A stretch of DNA of 64,000 bases. Origin: Candidatus Latescibacterota bacterium (lineage in GTDB: Bacteria > Latescibacterota > UBA2968 > UBA8231). Positions within the stretch are counted from its first letter, which is position 1. Each line of letters begins with the position of its first letter. Position numbers and translations under genes: made by a program. Positions 48,875 through 57,844 of this stretch are shown here, piece after piece. The notes beneath the pieces were generated by a model, which saw only the letters and a program-made list of their open reading frames with translations, did not search any database and was not told where the DNA came from. Location of the stretch: positions 6,048,001 to 6,112,000 of the forward strand of contig CBDETY010000003.1 in the NCBI GenBank assembly GCA_965243025.1, written 5' to 3'.

Positions 48875-49081
48875 TGCAGCCGGCCTGGCGCCATGCACGC
48901 GGCGTTTTTTTGCTTGGATGGCAAGATGGGATGGAGTACCATTTGAACAATTTTCGACCGGCTGGAGCGACCCCCCTGCTCCTGGCGGGTTGCAGATCCA
49001 TCTCGGGCACCGCGGGGATGACAACCGCCGTCCTCAAGGTCGACGAGATGCGGGTGAGATCGTCGAGATCTCGAAGGAAAT

Positions 49082-49495
49082 ATGGCCCGTCACCGGGAAA
49101 AACAGAGCTTCATCAGCGAAGAAACGGTGGATCTGACCCCCCTGATCGACTGCGTTTTCCTGTTGCTGGTCTTCTTCATGGTTACCACCGTCTTCATCCA
49201 TGCACGGGGACTCGATGTCGATTTGCCCAGGGCGTCGCAGGCCACCGAGCAGCAGGAGAAGAAGGATATCAACATCATCGTCGAACGGGACGGCCGCATT
49301 GAAATCGGCGGTGAGGAAGTTCTCCCTGGACAGCTGCGGGTCCGGATAGAGCGGGCGATGGTGGAGAACCGGAACGACAACGTGATCATCCAGGGGGACC
49401 GGGATGTCGCCCAGTCCCGGGTGGTGGAGGTGGTGGATGCGGCGAGAGGTGTGGGTGTGAAGGGGATCGCCTTCGCCAAGTTGCAGGGGTCCTGA
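49082..49495 (+). CDS. exbD: Biopolymer transport protein ExbD/TolR
   Basis: VDLTPLIDCVFLLLVFFMVTT, VDLP, VIIQGD. Confidence 0.9.
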   Translation: MARHREKQSFISEETVDLTPLIDCVFLLLVFFMVTTVFIHARGLDVDLPRASQATEQQEKKDINIIVERDGRIEIGGEEVLPGQLRVRIERAMVENRNDNVIIQGDRDVAQSRVVEVVDAARGVGVKGIAFAKLQGS

Positions 49496-49497
49496 AC

Positions 49498-49926
49498 ATG
49501 GGACCGGAACGCCGGGAGGGCGGTGTCGAGTCGGGGGAGATGGAGTTGACTCCGCTGATCGACTGTGTATTCCTGCTGCTGATCTTCTTCATGGTGACGA
49601 CGGTGTTCCAGGAGCCGTACAGGCTTAAGGTTTTTCTGCCCGAGGCGGAAGAGGCGGCGATGATCGAGGAGAAGAAGCTGGTGGCGACGATCGATCGCGC
49701 CGGCGCGATGGAGGTGAACCGCCATCCGGTGACGATGGAAAGTGTGGAGGGCGTGTTGGCGCGGGAGAAGGAGGGAGTGAGGGTGGTGACGCTGATCATT
49801 CGCACCGACAAGGAAACCCGGCACGGGCTTGTCCTCGATCTGATGGAAACGGCGAAGCGGATCGGGATCGAGAAGATCGTGCTCGCTACCGAAAAGAAAG
49901 CGGAGGCCCTGCTGGGGACGTCGTGA
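49498..49926 (+). CDS. exbD: Biopolymer transport protein ExbD/TolR, second paralog
   Basis: MELTPLIDCVFLLLIFFMVTT, LIIRTDKET.HG. Confidence 0.9.
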   Translation: MGPERREGGVESGEMELTPLIDCVFLLLIFFMVTTVFQEPYRLKVFLPEAEEAAMIEEKKLVATIDRAGAMEVNRHPVTMESVEGVLAREKEGVRVVTLIIRTDKETRHGLVLDLMETAKRIGIEKIVLATEKKAEALLGTS

Positions 49927-49951
49927 TTCCCCGGGGTATTCAGGGACAGAA

Positions 49952-50506
49952 ATGCTTGGGATTCGAGGTGTGCTTGGGATTCGAGGTGTTTTCGTATTAG
50001 GTTGTTGCGGTATTCAACTCGTTTCCTGTTCCGAGAGGGGGGAAGACGCACAGGACGAAAGTGCAAAGGTTGCAGCCCTCAAGGCGGCGAGGAATCCCGA
50101 AGGTGAGACCTATCTCGATGTCCACTTCGTGCTCGGCAGCAGCGTGGAGGAACTGGTCGCGCGCTTCGGTGAACCCGACGCCTACCGCCCGCAGCTGGGG
50201 AATCAGCCGTACGGGAATATCAAATGGAACGATCTGAAGGGGGTGAAGGTTTTCGCGATCCTCAAGGACAGTCTGTGCGCTTACGTGAACTACGGTTTCC
50301 AAAAGATGGACCCTTTCGACGAGACCAGGGCTTTGAGGATCATCGGAGTTGAGCCTCCTGGGGAGGAGCCGGCGGTCTCGGTACTCGAAACCGGGGTCAA
50401 GAAGTGGTATCCGTTCGAGCAGTACCATCACTTGACGGTCAGTCCCCGGGTGAAGAATGTCACCGTCAAAGGTTTTGATTTTGTGATAGTGCCCGGTACG
50501 TCGTAG
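49952..50506 (+). CDS. Hypothetical lipoprotein
   Basis: Hydrophobic N-terminus with a lipobox-like LVSC; 18-bp tandem duplication at 49953-49988. Confidence 0.55.
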   Translation: MLGIRGVLGIRGVFVLGCCGIQLVSCSERGEDAQDESAKVAALKAARNPEGETYLDVHFVLGSSVEELVARFGEPDAYRPQLGNQPYGNIKWNDLKGVKVFAILKDSLCAYVNYGFQKMDPFDETRALRIIGVEPPGEEPAVSVLETGVKKWYPFEQYHHLTVSPRVKNVTVKGFDFVIVPGTS

Positions 50507-50670
50507 GGCAATCAGGCGAGTGCGATGTCACTTAAACCGACAGGCTGCCGAAAGGAGCAGAAAGGAGAAGATCCGTTAAGTAAACTGTCAGAAAGCAGCA
50601 AGCGGACTTTGCCGGACTCACGGCTCGGCGAAGGCATTACCATTCATCATGTCGAACCAAGGAGCATGAG

Positions 50671-52668
50671 ATGAGAGTCAAATTGACTTTGATGTCCGTT
50701 GCAATCCTCACCCTTTGTGCGTCCCTGACGTACGCGGGGACCGCCGGCTACGAGTACGTGCGGAGCGAGGATCTGACGATGCTCGGGATTGAAGTGGGTG
50801 ATGTGGAATACGATTTCAGCGGCAACGCGGAGGTTCCCTTTACTCTGTCCGGTACCCAAGCCACGGTCTATCTGGCGATTTACACCAAGGACCAGCCCAC
50901 TCCAGGTGGTTTCGGCGGCCCGGGGAGACCCGAATGGAATGGCGGCCACGCGCTGCTTCGCAGAGAGGGAATCCCCAACATGGTGAAAGTGGTCGAGTGC
51001 GGCCAGTTCGACGTGGGATCGCATACCTGCCTGTGGGATGGCACCGATTGGGCCGGAGAGGACGTCGAGCCGGGCACCTACACCCTCTATGTTCTGGGCT
51101 ACGACAACATCACCGACGCCAACTGGGTTGCCGTCACGGGGTACGGATTCCGGATGCGCAGCTCCGAGGTGAAGGTCATGCAGGGCCAGGGATACATGTA
51201 CATGGTCCCCGCCCGTTTGGGTGGCTGTTGCGCCAACGATCTGGGCGGGCCGAGAAGCCACCTCCTCGGCGGTATGGGTGGCGGCTTCACACTGTATCCG
51301 ATCCCCCCGGGAAATTGGCTGGAAGCCGACGACCCCTTCGACATCCTCTCCGCATACACAACCGAATTGCCGGATTACGGTTTGACCAACGACGAAGGGA
51401 ACCCGATACAGATCCTGAATGGCCAGGCACACGGCGTGGCCATCGATCCTGAAGATTTCTCCAGGAACTGGATGTACGGTTATGCCGGCGTAGGCGTCAT
51501 CGGCGTTACCATAGACTGGGATTCGCAGACCTCCGAGCCCATGGACGGCTTCGGGGAACCGCCGAACAGCTGGCAGACAGGGGAGAATATCGCCCAGGGC
51601 GATGATGGCACTTTCTTCTTCTCCCTGCAGTATCACGAGGGTTTCCTGTACATGGGCAACGGGTGGTTCAACGATCCCCCGTCCGCCGGTATCTACCAGT
51701 TGGATTCCAGCACAGGCGAAGTCACCGACATCATCGACGTCTCCGAGTACATGGTGTGGGAGCAGTACGGTCACGACCCGGAAGTTACCGAAACGACTCT
51801 CGCGGCGAGCATGATCAACTGCATATCGATCGACGAGGAAGGGTTCGTCATGTCCGCTGGCGGTTGGGGTCCAAGTTCGATCCCATGGGTTCCGATCAAA
51901 GTCGACTGGGACGGCGACCTCATTTACCAGAACCACACCGGGGACGGATACAACGACAACATCTGGGCGGGCGAAGCCCAGGCGCTCGGTGTCGAGCCTG
52001 TGACGGATGGTGAGTCTCATTCGGTCTCGATCTCCGGTGGGGAGATCCCGGGGTTCGTCTTCATGACTGAGGGCTCGAAGGGAGACATGTCCCGCCAGCC
52101 GGCCTATGGAGCGGTCTACGGCCCCGATGGCGCCGGCATTTTCCACGCCCAGGGCCCCAATATCCCGCTCAGCAATCACGAGGCGACCGGTACGGGGACG
52201 AATATGGTCCACGAGCAGTCTGACTGGGACGGACTCTATATCCTGACCGCCGAGAAGGGCGTGGGCGAGGAGGAAGGTTGGAACGACGAGTTCGGTGGCT
52301 ATCAGGTCGCCCATTGGCCCTTCCGGATCGAGCAGGCTCTGATCGGCACCGAGGTTACCGTGGTCGAGGAAACCTCCGCTGCAACGCCGGACGCGTTTGA
52401 CCTGGGCGATGCGTATCCCAACCCGTTCAACGCGCAGACGACGATCGAGTTCGCTGTTCCCTCCGACGGCCATGCGAAGTTGACCATACTCAACAGCCAG
52501 GGCCAGATAGTGTCCACGCCGGTTAACCAGTTCCTGTCGGCGGGGTCCTATCGCACCAGTTGGAACGGGAACGACGACGGCGGAAAGGCCGTTGGCGGCG
52601 GCATCTATTTCTACCGTCTGAAGGTCGGGGACTACGAGCAGGCCAAGAAGATGACCTTGCTCAAGTAA
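50671..52668 (+). CDS. Secreted acidic protein with N-terminal FlgD-like Ig domain and C-terminal T9SS type A/FlgD-like domain
   Basis: Signal peptide; WDGTDWAGEDVEPGTYT; FDLGDAYPNPFNAQTTIEF...WNGNDDGG..VGGGIYFYRL...KKMTLLK; RBS AAGGAG. Confidence 0.85.
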   Translation: MRVKLTLMSVAILTLCASLTYAGTAGYEYVRSEDLTMLGIEVGDVEYDFSGNAEVPFTLSGTQATVYLAIYTKDQPTPGGFGGPGRPEWNGGHALLRREGIPNMVKVVECGQFDVGSHTCLWDGTDWAGEDVEPGTYTLYVLGYDNITDANWVAVTGYGFRMRSSEVKVMQGQGYMYMVPARLGGCCANDLGGPRSHLLGGMGGGFTLYPIPPGNWLEADDPFDILSAYTTELPDYGLTNDEGNPIQILNGQAHGVAIDPEDFSRNWMYGYAGVGVIGVTIDWDSQTSEPMDGFGEPPNSWQTGENIAQGDDGTFFFSLQYHEGFLYMGNGWFNDPPSAGIYQLDSSTGEVTDIIDVSEYMVWEQYGHDPEVTETTLAASMINCISIDEEGFVMSAGGWGPSSIPWVPIKVDWDGDLIYQNHTGDGYNDNIWAGEAQALGVEPVTDGESHSVSISGGEIPGFVFMTEGSKGDMSRQPAYGAVYGPDGAGIFHAQGPNIPLSNHEATGTGTNMVHEQSDWDGLYILTAEKGVGEEEGWNDEFGGYQVAHWPFRIEQALIGTEVTVVEETSAATPDAFDLGDAYPNPFNAQTTIEFAVPSDGHAKLTILNSQGQIVSTPVNQFLSAGSYRTSWNGNDDGGKAVGGGIYFYRLKVGDYEQAKKMTLLK

Positions 52669-52690
52669 AGAGGTCGCCGATCGTGTAACC

Positions 52691-52732
52691 GAGGTGGAGG
52701 AGGGCAATGTCCTTCCTCCACCTCTTGTTTTC
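52691..52732 (+). terminator. Intrinsic terminator
   Basis: GAGGTGGAGGAGGGCA/TGTCCTTCCTCCACCTC hairpin followed by TTGTTTTC. Confidence 0.75.
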
Positions 52733-52746
52733 TAAGGTGATTTTTC

Positions 52747-54840
52747 TTGCGTGATTTCGAGGCGGTCCGAATGATGAAGCGCAGCCACGAACAGCTCAGG
52801 AGCCTGAGTCTGTCGGTTTTCCTGCTCACCTTACCGGCGCCTGTCGCGTCGGAGATGGAGTGCGGTTCGGGGATATGCCGGCAGGCCTCCTGGAACAGTA
52901 CGACGTGGTACTACAGCGAGTTCGAAGCCGATGCAGCGGGGGATGGGGAGATTCGGCTCACCGCGGTGGATGGGTACGAGCTGTGGCTGAATGGTACGAG
53001 TATCGGGTTCGGTGACGACTGGACGACGATGGAGACTTACGAGGTATCGGTCGACCGGGGCACCAATGAAATCCTGGTGCGGGTGACCAGTGAGGGGATG
53101 GGGAACGGGAGCGGACTGCTGGTGGAGCTGGAGACCGGTGCGCAGCGCACCGGAACGAAGGTGGGGAATCGGGAGGAGCGGGAGGGTGCATGGCGATGGT
53201 CCAGCGAGGATCCGGACCTGGCGGAGGTGGACTGGAGCAAGGCCCCGCTGGTTCAGTCCGGCACCCTGGATCTGACCCGGATAGCGGGGCGTACGAATCT
53301 ATCGGTCGTGTCTGTGGCGGGATATCCCGGAGACGTGGACATCGGGACCTCGGAAGGGGGGATTGCGCTGAGCTCGATAGAAGGCCGGAATCTGGCCCTG
53401 GGGCAGCCCTCCAGCGTCCTGGAAGCCAACGACGGGGTGCTGACCAGTTCGTGGACGCCCGGTGCGAATGCCCTGAACAAGCATGTGAGCATGGACCTGC
53501 GGGAGGTCCGCAGGGTGAGCGGGGTCCGGGTGATCACCAAGGCGCCTTCGGGCAGGTCGGGCAGCTATTTCATCAATTCCCTGAAGGGGTATTCGGTGCA
53601 GGTGAGCGAGGACCAGTTCCGCTGGTCTGAGGTCGCGGTGCTGCACGGGATCACCGAGTACGAGGAGACGACGGTTCGTTTTGAGCCCGCCCTGGCGCGA
53701 TACATACGGATTGTTGTCGCCGAGATTGACGGGGTCAGTTCCCCGGATGTGGCCGAGATCGAGGTGTACGGTGAGGCCTACAGTGCCGCCGGGACGTTCG
53801 AATCCGAGCCCCTCGATCTCGATGAACAGGGCGGGAAGAACATCGGCAGGATCACCTGGGAGGCGGACGTACCGGTCGGCACGTCGGTCGCTTTCCAATT
53901 CAGGACGATGGTGGACGGCGCCTGGAGTGCGTGGACGAGGGAATACGCGTACGAGGACAGCAATACCTTCGTCGAGTCGCCCGAGCCCGCGAGCCAGTTC
54001 CAGTACCGGGTACTTCTGTCGACGGGGGTGGAGGTCGTCACGCCCCGGTTTCGGAGTATCACGGTGGAATCCTCTGCGGAGGACGTACCCGCAGAATCAG
54101 CTTTGGGGCGGGTTTCGCCGTCGACCGTGGAGATGGGGAGGGACACGACATTTACATACGCTCTCGATTTGGAGATCTCAGGGCAGAACAGCGGTGTCGA
54201 GCGGCTGATCATCGCGGTTCCGGGGCCGGTGACCCTCGACCCGGATGCGCCCGTCGACGGCCTGGAAGGCACTGGCAGTCAGGTGGTGGGCGCCGGAATG
54301 ACCGACAGGGGGTTGGAGATTCCTTTCGATCCTCCTCTGGACGAGGATGTGCAGTTGTCGATCCCCATGAGAGGCGCGATATACACGATAGCTCACTCCT
54401 GGAGCGCGCAGCTGCTCGCGCTGGATTCGGGGAATCCGCAGAACGTGGTCGAAGATACACAGGGAGGAGGATGGTCGGTTTCCGCCCCTCAAGTGCTGGG
54501 TCAAGTGCTGGTAGAGGCGCGGGCACAGCCCGCCGTTTTCACGCCGAACGGGGATGGCAGGAACGACCACGCTACCATCGTTTTCACGCTGGCCAAGGCG
54601 GAGGAGGCGCCGGTATCGATTCGGGTTTTCTCTCTGGGTGGATCGCTCGTTCGGGAGCTGCACGCGGGGTCACTGTCGGCGCGGCGGTATGACGGCAGTT
54701 CGCAGTCTCCTCCGGGGCGCTGGGATGGAACAGATGCCAGCGGAAATGTCGTGCCTCCGGGGATTTATCTGTATGAGTTGCTGGTGGAAGCGGATGAAGG
54801 GGATGAGCGACGCGTCGGCACCGTAGGCCTCGTGTACTGA
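52747..54840 (+). CDS. Secreted protein with discoidin (F5/8 type C)-like domain and CHU_C/FlgD-like C-terminal domain
   Basis: NLALGQP, YSVQVSED..W, ARYIRI, AEIEVYG; VFTPNGDGRND, WDGTDASGNVVPPGIYLY. Confidence 0.8.
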   Translation: MRDFEAVRMMKRSHEQLRSLSLSVFLLTLPAPVASEMECGSGICRQASWNSTTWYYSEFEADAAGDGEIRLTAVDGYELWLNGTSIGFGDDWTTMETYEVSVDRGTNEILVRVTSEGMGNGSGLLVELETGAQRTGTKVGNREEREGAWRWSSEDPDLAEVDWSKAPLVQSGTLDLTRIAGRTNLSVVSVAGYPGDVDIGTSEGGIALSSIEGRNLALGQPSSVLEANDGVLTSSWTPGANALNKHVSMDLREVRRVSGVRVITKAPSGRSGSYFINSLKGYSVQVSEDQFRWSEVAVLHGITEYEETTVRFEPALARYIRIVVAEIDGVSSPDVAEIEVYGEAYSAAGTFESEPLDLDEQGGKNIGRITWEADVPVGTSVAFQFRTMVDGAWSAWTREYAYEDSNTFVESPEPASQFQYRVLLSTGVEVVTPRFRSITVESSAEDVPAESALGRVSPSTVEMGRDTTFTYALDLEISGQNSGVERLIIAVPGPVTLDPDAPVDGLEGTGSQVVGAGMTDRGLEIPFDPPLDEDVQLSIPMRGAIYTIAHSWSAQLLALDSGNPQNVVEDTQGGGWSVSAPQVLGQVLVEARAQPAVFTPNGDGRNDHATIVFTLAKAEEAPVSIRVFSLGGSLVRELHAGSLSARRYDGSSQSPPGRWDGTDASGNVVPPGIYLYELLVEADEGDERRVGTVGLVY

Positions 54841-55099
54841 GCCTCTTCCGGCCGTGGGGGCCGGCCGCGCTTTGCACGTAATCTCGAGGGATGGATCAAG
54901 TGCCAGCCTGGCTTAATTCCCGTTCCGCACGAGCGCCGATCCATCCCGCTCGCCACGTCCGCTCCCTCCCCGGGTGCCCCAACCCGGCTCGGTCGCGGCC
55001 TTTCACCAGGGAGGCAGCAGGGACCGCGAATTCCTCGAGGGCGGTGTGGCTCTTCCCTCCTCGAACAATTCCCGTCGACCTCTGACCAGGGGAGCAGCC

Positions 55100-57832
55100 G
55101 TGCATCTTCCAAGGCTCTCGATCACCGTGCCATGGGTCGTCTTCGTCCTCGCCTCCGGGGCTTCGGGGCAGTTCATCTCCAGGGACTACTACCCCCTGTG
55201 GGGAGAGGCGTACGAGAACTACGGATCGATCGGGTATCGGGATGCGCTGCAGCCGATCCTGGGAACGGGAGGCGGCGGGACCAGGGACACCGCTCCAGTC
55301 GATGGCTTTACGCTGGAGTTGGAGCGTCGACAGTACGATCCGTTCGGCAATTACCTGGCCGATGGCCTTGACGTGTTTCGCCTGCAGGAGTTCCGCGGCA
55401 TCGCGCCGAGCCGGGGGAGTCTTCTGTTCGAGAGCGACCTGTCCAACAGCATTTTCCAGAACCTGATGATCGCCAGCGATGACTTTCGCGGCTGGTCCAA
55501 CCGCGTTCTCATCGGGCATGCGATACGCACGAAGTTCACCTCGCTGACGTTCAGCCGGGCGCGGTTCAGCGGGATTCGGTGGGACGGGGCCACCCGGCGC
55601 AACCGCTTCACCGTTCTCGGGTCCAGGATCTCCAACCCCACCCCGCGGTCCGAGGAAACGGGTGCGGATCGGCATTCGGCCTATCTGTTCGGGGGTCGGT
55701 GGGAAAACACCGTCGGAGATCTCCTGACGATGGGGCTTTCTTACGTGACCACCTTCCGCAGCGATGCTACCCGGCGCAAGGGAGGGCGTATTCAGCGCGG
55801 GGTGGTTCCCGTTGATCTGGGTGGGGGAGGTCCGGTAGAGGATCTCTATGTGATCTTCAGTGACGACAGTCCGGAGGATGGGTCTGGCGCACAAGTCCAC
55901 GCGTTGGAGGTGTACATCGACGGGGTGCGCGCGAACCTCCAACCCGAGGTGGTGTTGATACCGCAAATCCATACCTATACCAAGGCGAGTCCCCTCGTCA
56001 TAGAAAAATTGCCGCTTCGGACTCAAGTACTGTCCTACGTGCGTGCCGACGGGCCATGGCTGTCTGAAGCGCTCAGCCACAACACTGACATAGGTCCTCT
56101 TTCGCGTCTTGAAGCGATTCTGAGACAGAGGGGGGCCGACGACAGGACGAAGAATCCACGCCACGGCCCTCCTCCACATCCTGTCGCGCTGATCGAGGGA
56201 CAGCCCCTGGAGACCAGCGGCACCGATGTAATACTGTTCAAATACCGGATACCCCCGAAGGCGCGATCGGTCCAGTTCCGGGCTCTGGTTGCAAACGACT
56301 ACTCGATCGATGTGGCTACGCGCGTGGGGTACTGGGCGGACTGGCACAATGTCCGGCGTGCGGCGGGCAACGTGCGCGACCGTTCCAATCTGGGCTGGGT
56401 ATCCTTCGATTACGGGTTCCCCACGGGCCTCGCGACGTATGGGACAGACGCTGAACTCGATATTCTCGGCGCAAAGATTCGTGGGGAGATCGTCAACAAC
56501 CTCGGGTATTATACCTATCCCGGCATCTCCGGGGCGTGGCACAAGCAGAGCACGCGAGCCTACTTCGTCAACGCATCACGCCGTTTCTCACGGGTCCATG
56601 CAGGTGCTGAACTGTTCGATCTTCCTTCGACCTACAGGACCTCGTTGGAGGCTGTGGATCCGGGATCGCCCAACGCGGTCGCGAAGCTCTACCATCTGGT
56701 CGAGGACAACGATGACCGGGATGAATGGCCCGACGATGACGAATGGCCGAACAGCCCGGATCCGCGCGACGGGGACGGGATTTTCCCCGGGCTGGACGAG
56801 GATGGCGACGGGATTATCGATACCAACGTCAACGACAACCAGGTGCCGGACTACCAGGAGCCGTTCCTGATGTACTATGTGGATCCGGATGGATACACGT
56901 ACGGCGACGACTTCGACAACAACGGGACAGTGGATGTCCGGCAGGACGACAACCGCCCCGACTACCCGTACGATCTGGATCGGCGCGGACGGCATCTGTT
57001 CGCCCGGCTCGACCTGACTCCCACACTGAAGAATACGGTCGGCTGGTACCGCCTCAGGAGCGTCACCGGCGGGGGGCGCAACAAGGCGCTGTACTCGAAG
57101 CTGCACTATGGGGTCGGACGCGGGGGGGTGGGCAGGATCGATGTGTATTACAGGATCAAACGGGTGAACGACGACATACCGGCGGACATCCGGGGCGGGT
57201 ACCTTCAGTTTGCGGGATTCGACGCGGTGGGCGCGATCCAGCCGGATACGCTGCCCATGCGCAACAGCCTGGTCAACCTGTTGTTCGTGGAGACGAGGTT
57301 TACGGGTATCCCGCATCTGAATGTGTCGTCCAAGCTGCGCTATGAAGTCAATGACCGTCGGCGCACGGAGTTCGACGACGGCTCGGTTCAGGAGAAGAGC
57401 CGGGATCGTTGGCGAGCGCTGGTAGCGCGGGCTGACTACAAGTGGAAGCTCGGGCAGCTGACGGTCATGCCGATGTTCAAGTTCCTGACCGAGCACAGAG
57501 AGGTACCGTCTTCGGGACGGCACCCACTCCTGCACACCCGCCATGTGATTCCCATCTTCCGGATGGATTACGCAGTGACCTCGGGCAATGTATTGCGAGC
57601 GGGGATCCAGGGCTTTGGGATGCTGAAGGAACGATACCGGAATGTCGCCTGGCCATTTGTCGCGTATGATGCGACGAGTCAGGTGTTTCTGTTTCAGAAT
57701 CGCGGGAATTACTCCGGATACGACGTGCGGCTCAACCTCGGGTTCCGCCGCCAGAGCGTAGATACCCGGAGCGCTCTCAGTCGCAGGTCCGCGTCCTCGA
57801 AGGAAGTGTTCCTGCAGCTGTACTTCGAATAG
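55100..57832 (+). CDS. Large predicted outer-membrane protein with acidic Ca-binding repeat region, paralog 1
   Basis: GTG at 55100 after AGGGGAG; signal peptide; YDPFGNYL, LVEDNDD, FPGLDEDGDG, PDYQEPFL, YPYDLD; amphipathic beta-strand C-terminus VFLQLYFE. Confidence 0.7.
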   Translation: MHLPRLSITVPWVVFVLASGASGQFISRDYYPLWGEAYENYGSIGYRDALQPILGTGGGGTRDTAPVDGFTLELERRQYDPFGNYLADGLDVFRLQEFRGIAPSRGSLLFESDLSNSIFQNLMIASDDFRGWSNRVLIGHAIRTKFTSLTFSRARFSGIRWDGATRRNRFTVLGSRISNPTPRSEETGADRHSAYLFGGRWENTVGDLLTMGLSYVTTFRSDATRRKGGRIQRGVVPVDLGGGGPVEDLYVIFSDDSPEDGSGAQVHALEVYIDGVRANLQPEVVLIPQIHTYTKASPLVIEKLPLRTQVLSYVRADGPWLSEALSHNTDIGPLSRLEAILRQRGADDRTKNPRHGPPPHPVALIEGQPLETSGTDVILFKYRIPPKARSVQFRALVANDYSIDVATRVGYWADWHNVRRAAGNVRDRSNLGWVSFDYGFPTGLATYGTDAELDILGAKIRGEIVNNLGYYTYPGISGAWHKQSTRAYFVNASRRFSRVHAGAELFDLPSTYRTSLEAVDPGSPNAVAKLYHLVEDNDDRDEWPDDDEWPNSPDPRDGDGIFPGLDEDGDGIIDTNVNDNQVPDYQEPFLMYYVDPDGYTYGDDFDNNGTVDVRQDDNRPDYPYDLDRRGRHLFARLDLTPTLKNTVGWYRLRSVTGGGRNKALYSKLHYGVGRGGVGRIDVYYRIKRVNDDIPADIRGGYLQFAGFDAVGAIQPDTLPMRNSLVNLLFVETRFTGIPHLNVSSKLRYEVNDRRRTEFDDGSVQEKSRDRWRALVARADYKWKLGQLTVMPMFKFLTEHREVPSSGRHPLLHTRHVIPIFRMDYAVTSGNVLRAGIQGFGMLKERYRNVAWPFVAYDATSQVFLFQNRGNYSGYDVRLNLGFRRQSVDTRSALSRRSASSKEVFLQLYFE

Positions 57833-57844
57833 TGGGTATGCGCC

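Noticed and set aside
41078-48946. 2622-aa plus-strand ORF
   Set aside because: Antisense shadow of the UPF0182 and M28/FtsX genes; typical high-GC artefact with no motifs.
49953-49988. 18-bp tandem duplication TGCTTGGGATTCGAGGTG
   Set aside because: Only two in-frame copies in a signal peptide; probably simple slippage.
50530-50640. c-di-GMP or c-di-AMP riboswitch
   Set aside because: A GAAA tetraloop is present but the diagnostic conserved segments were not found; kept only as a generic structured leader.
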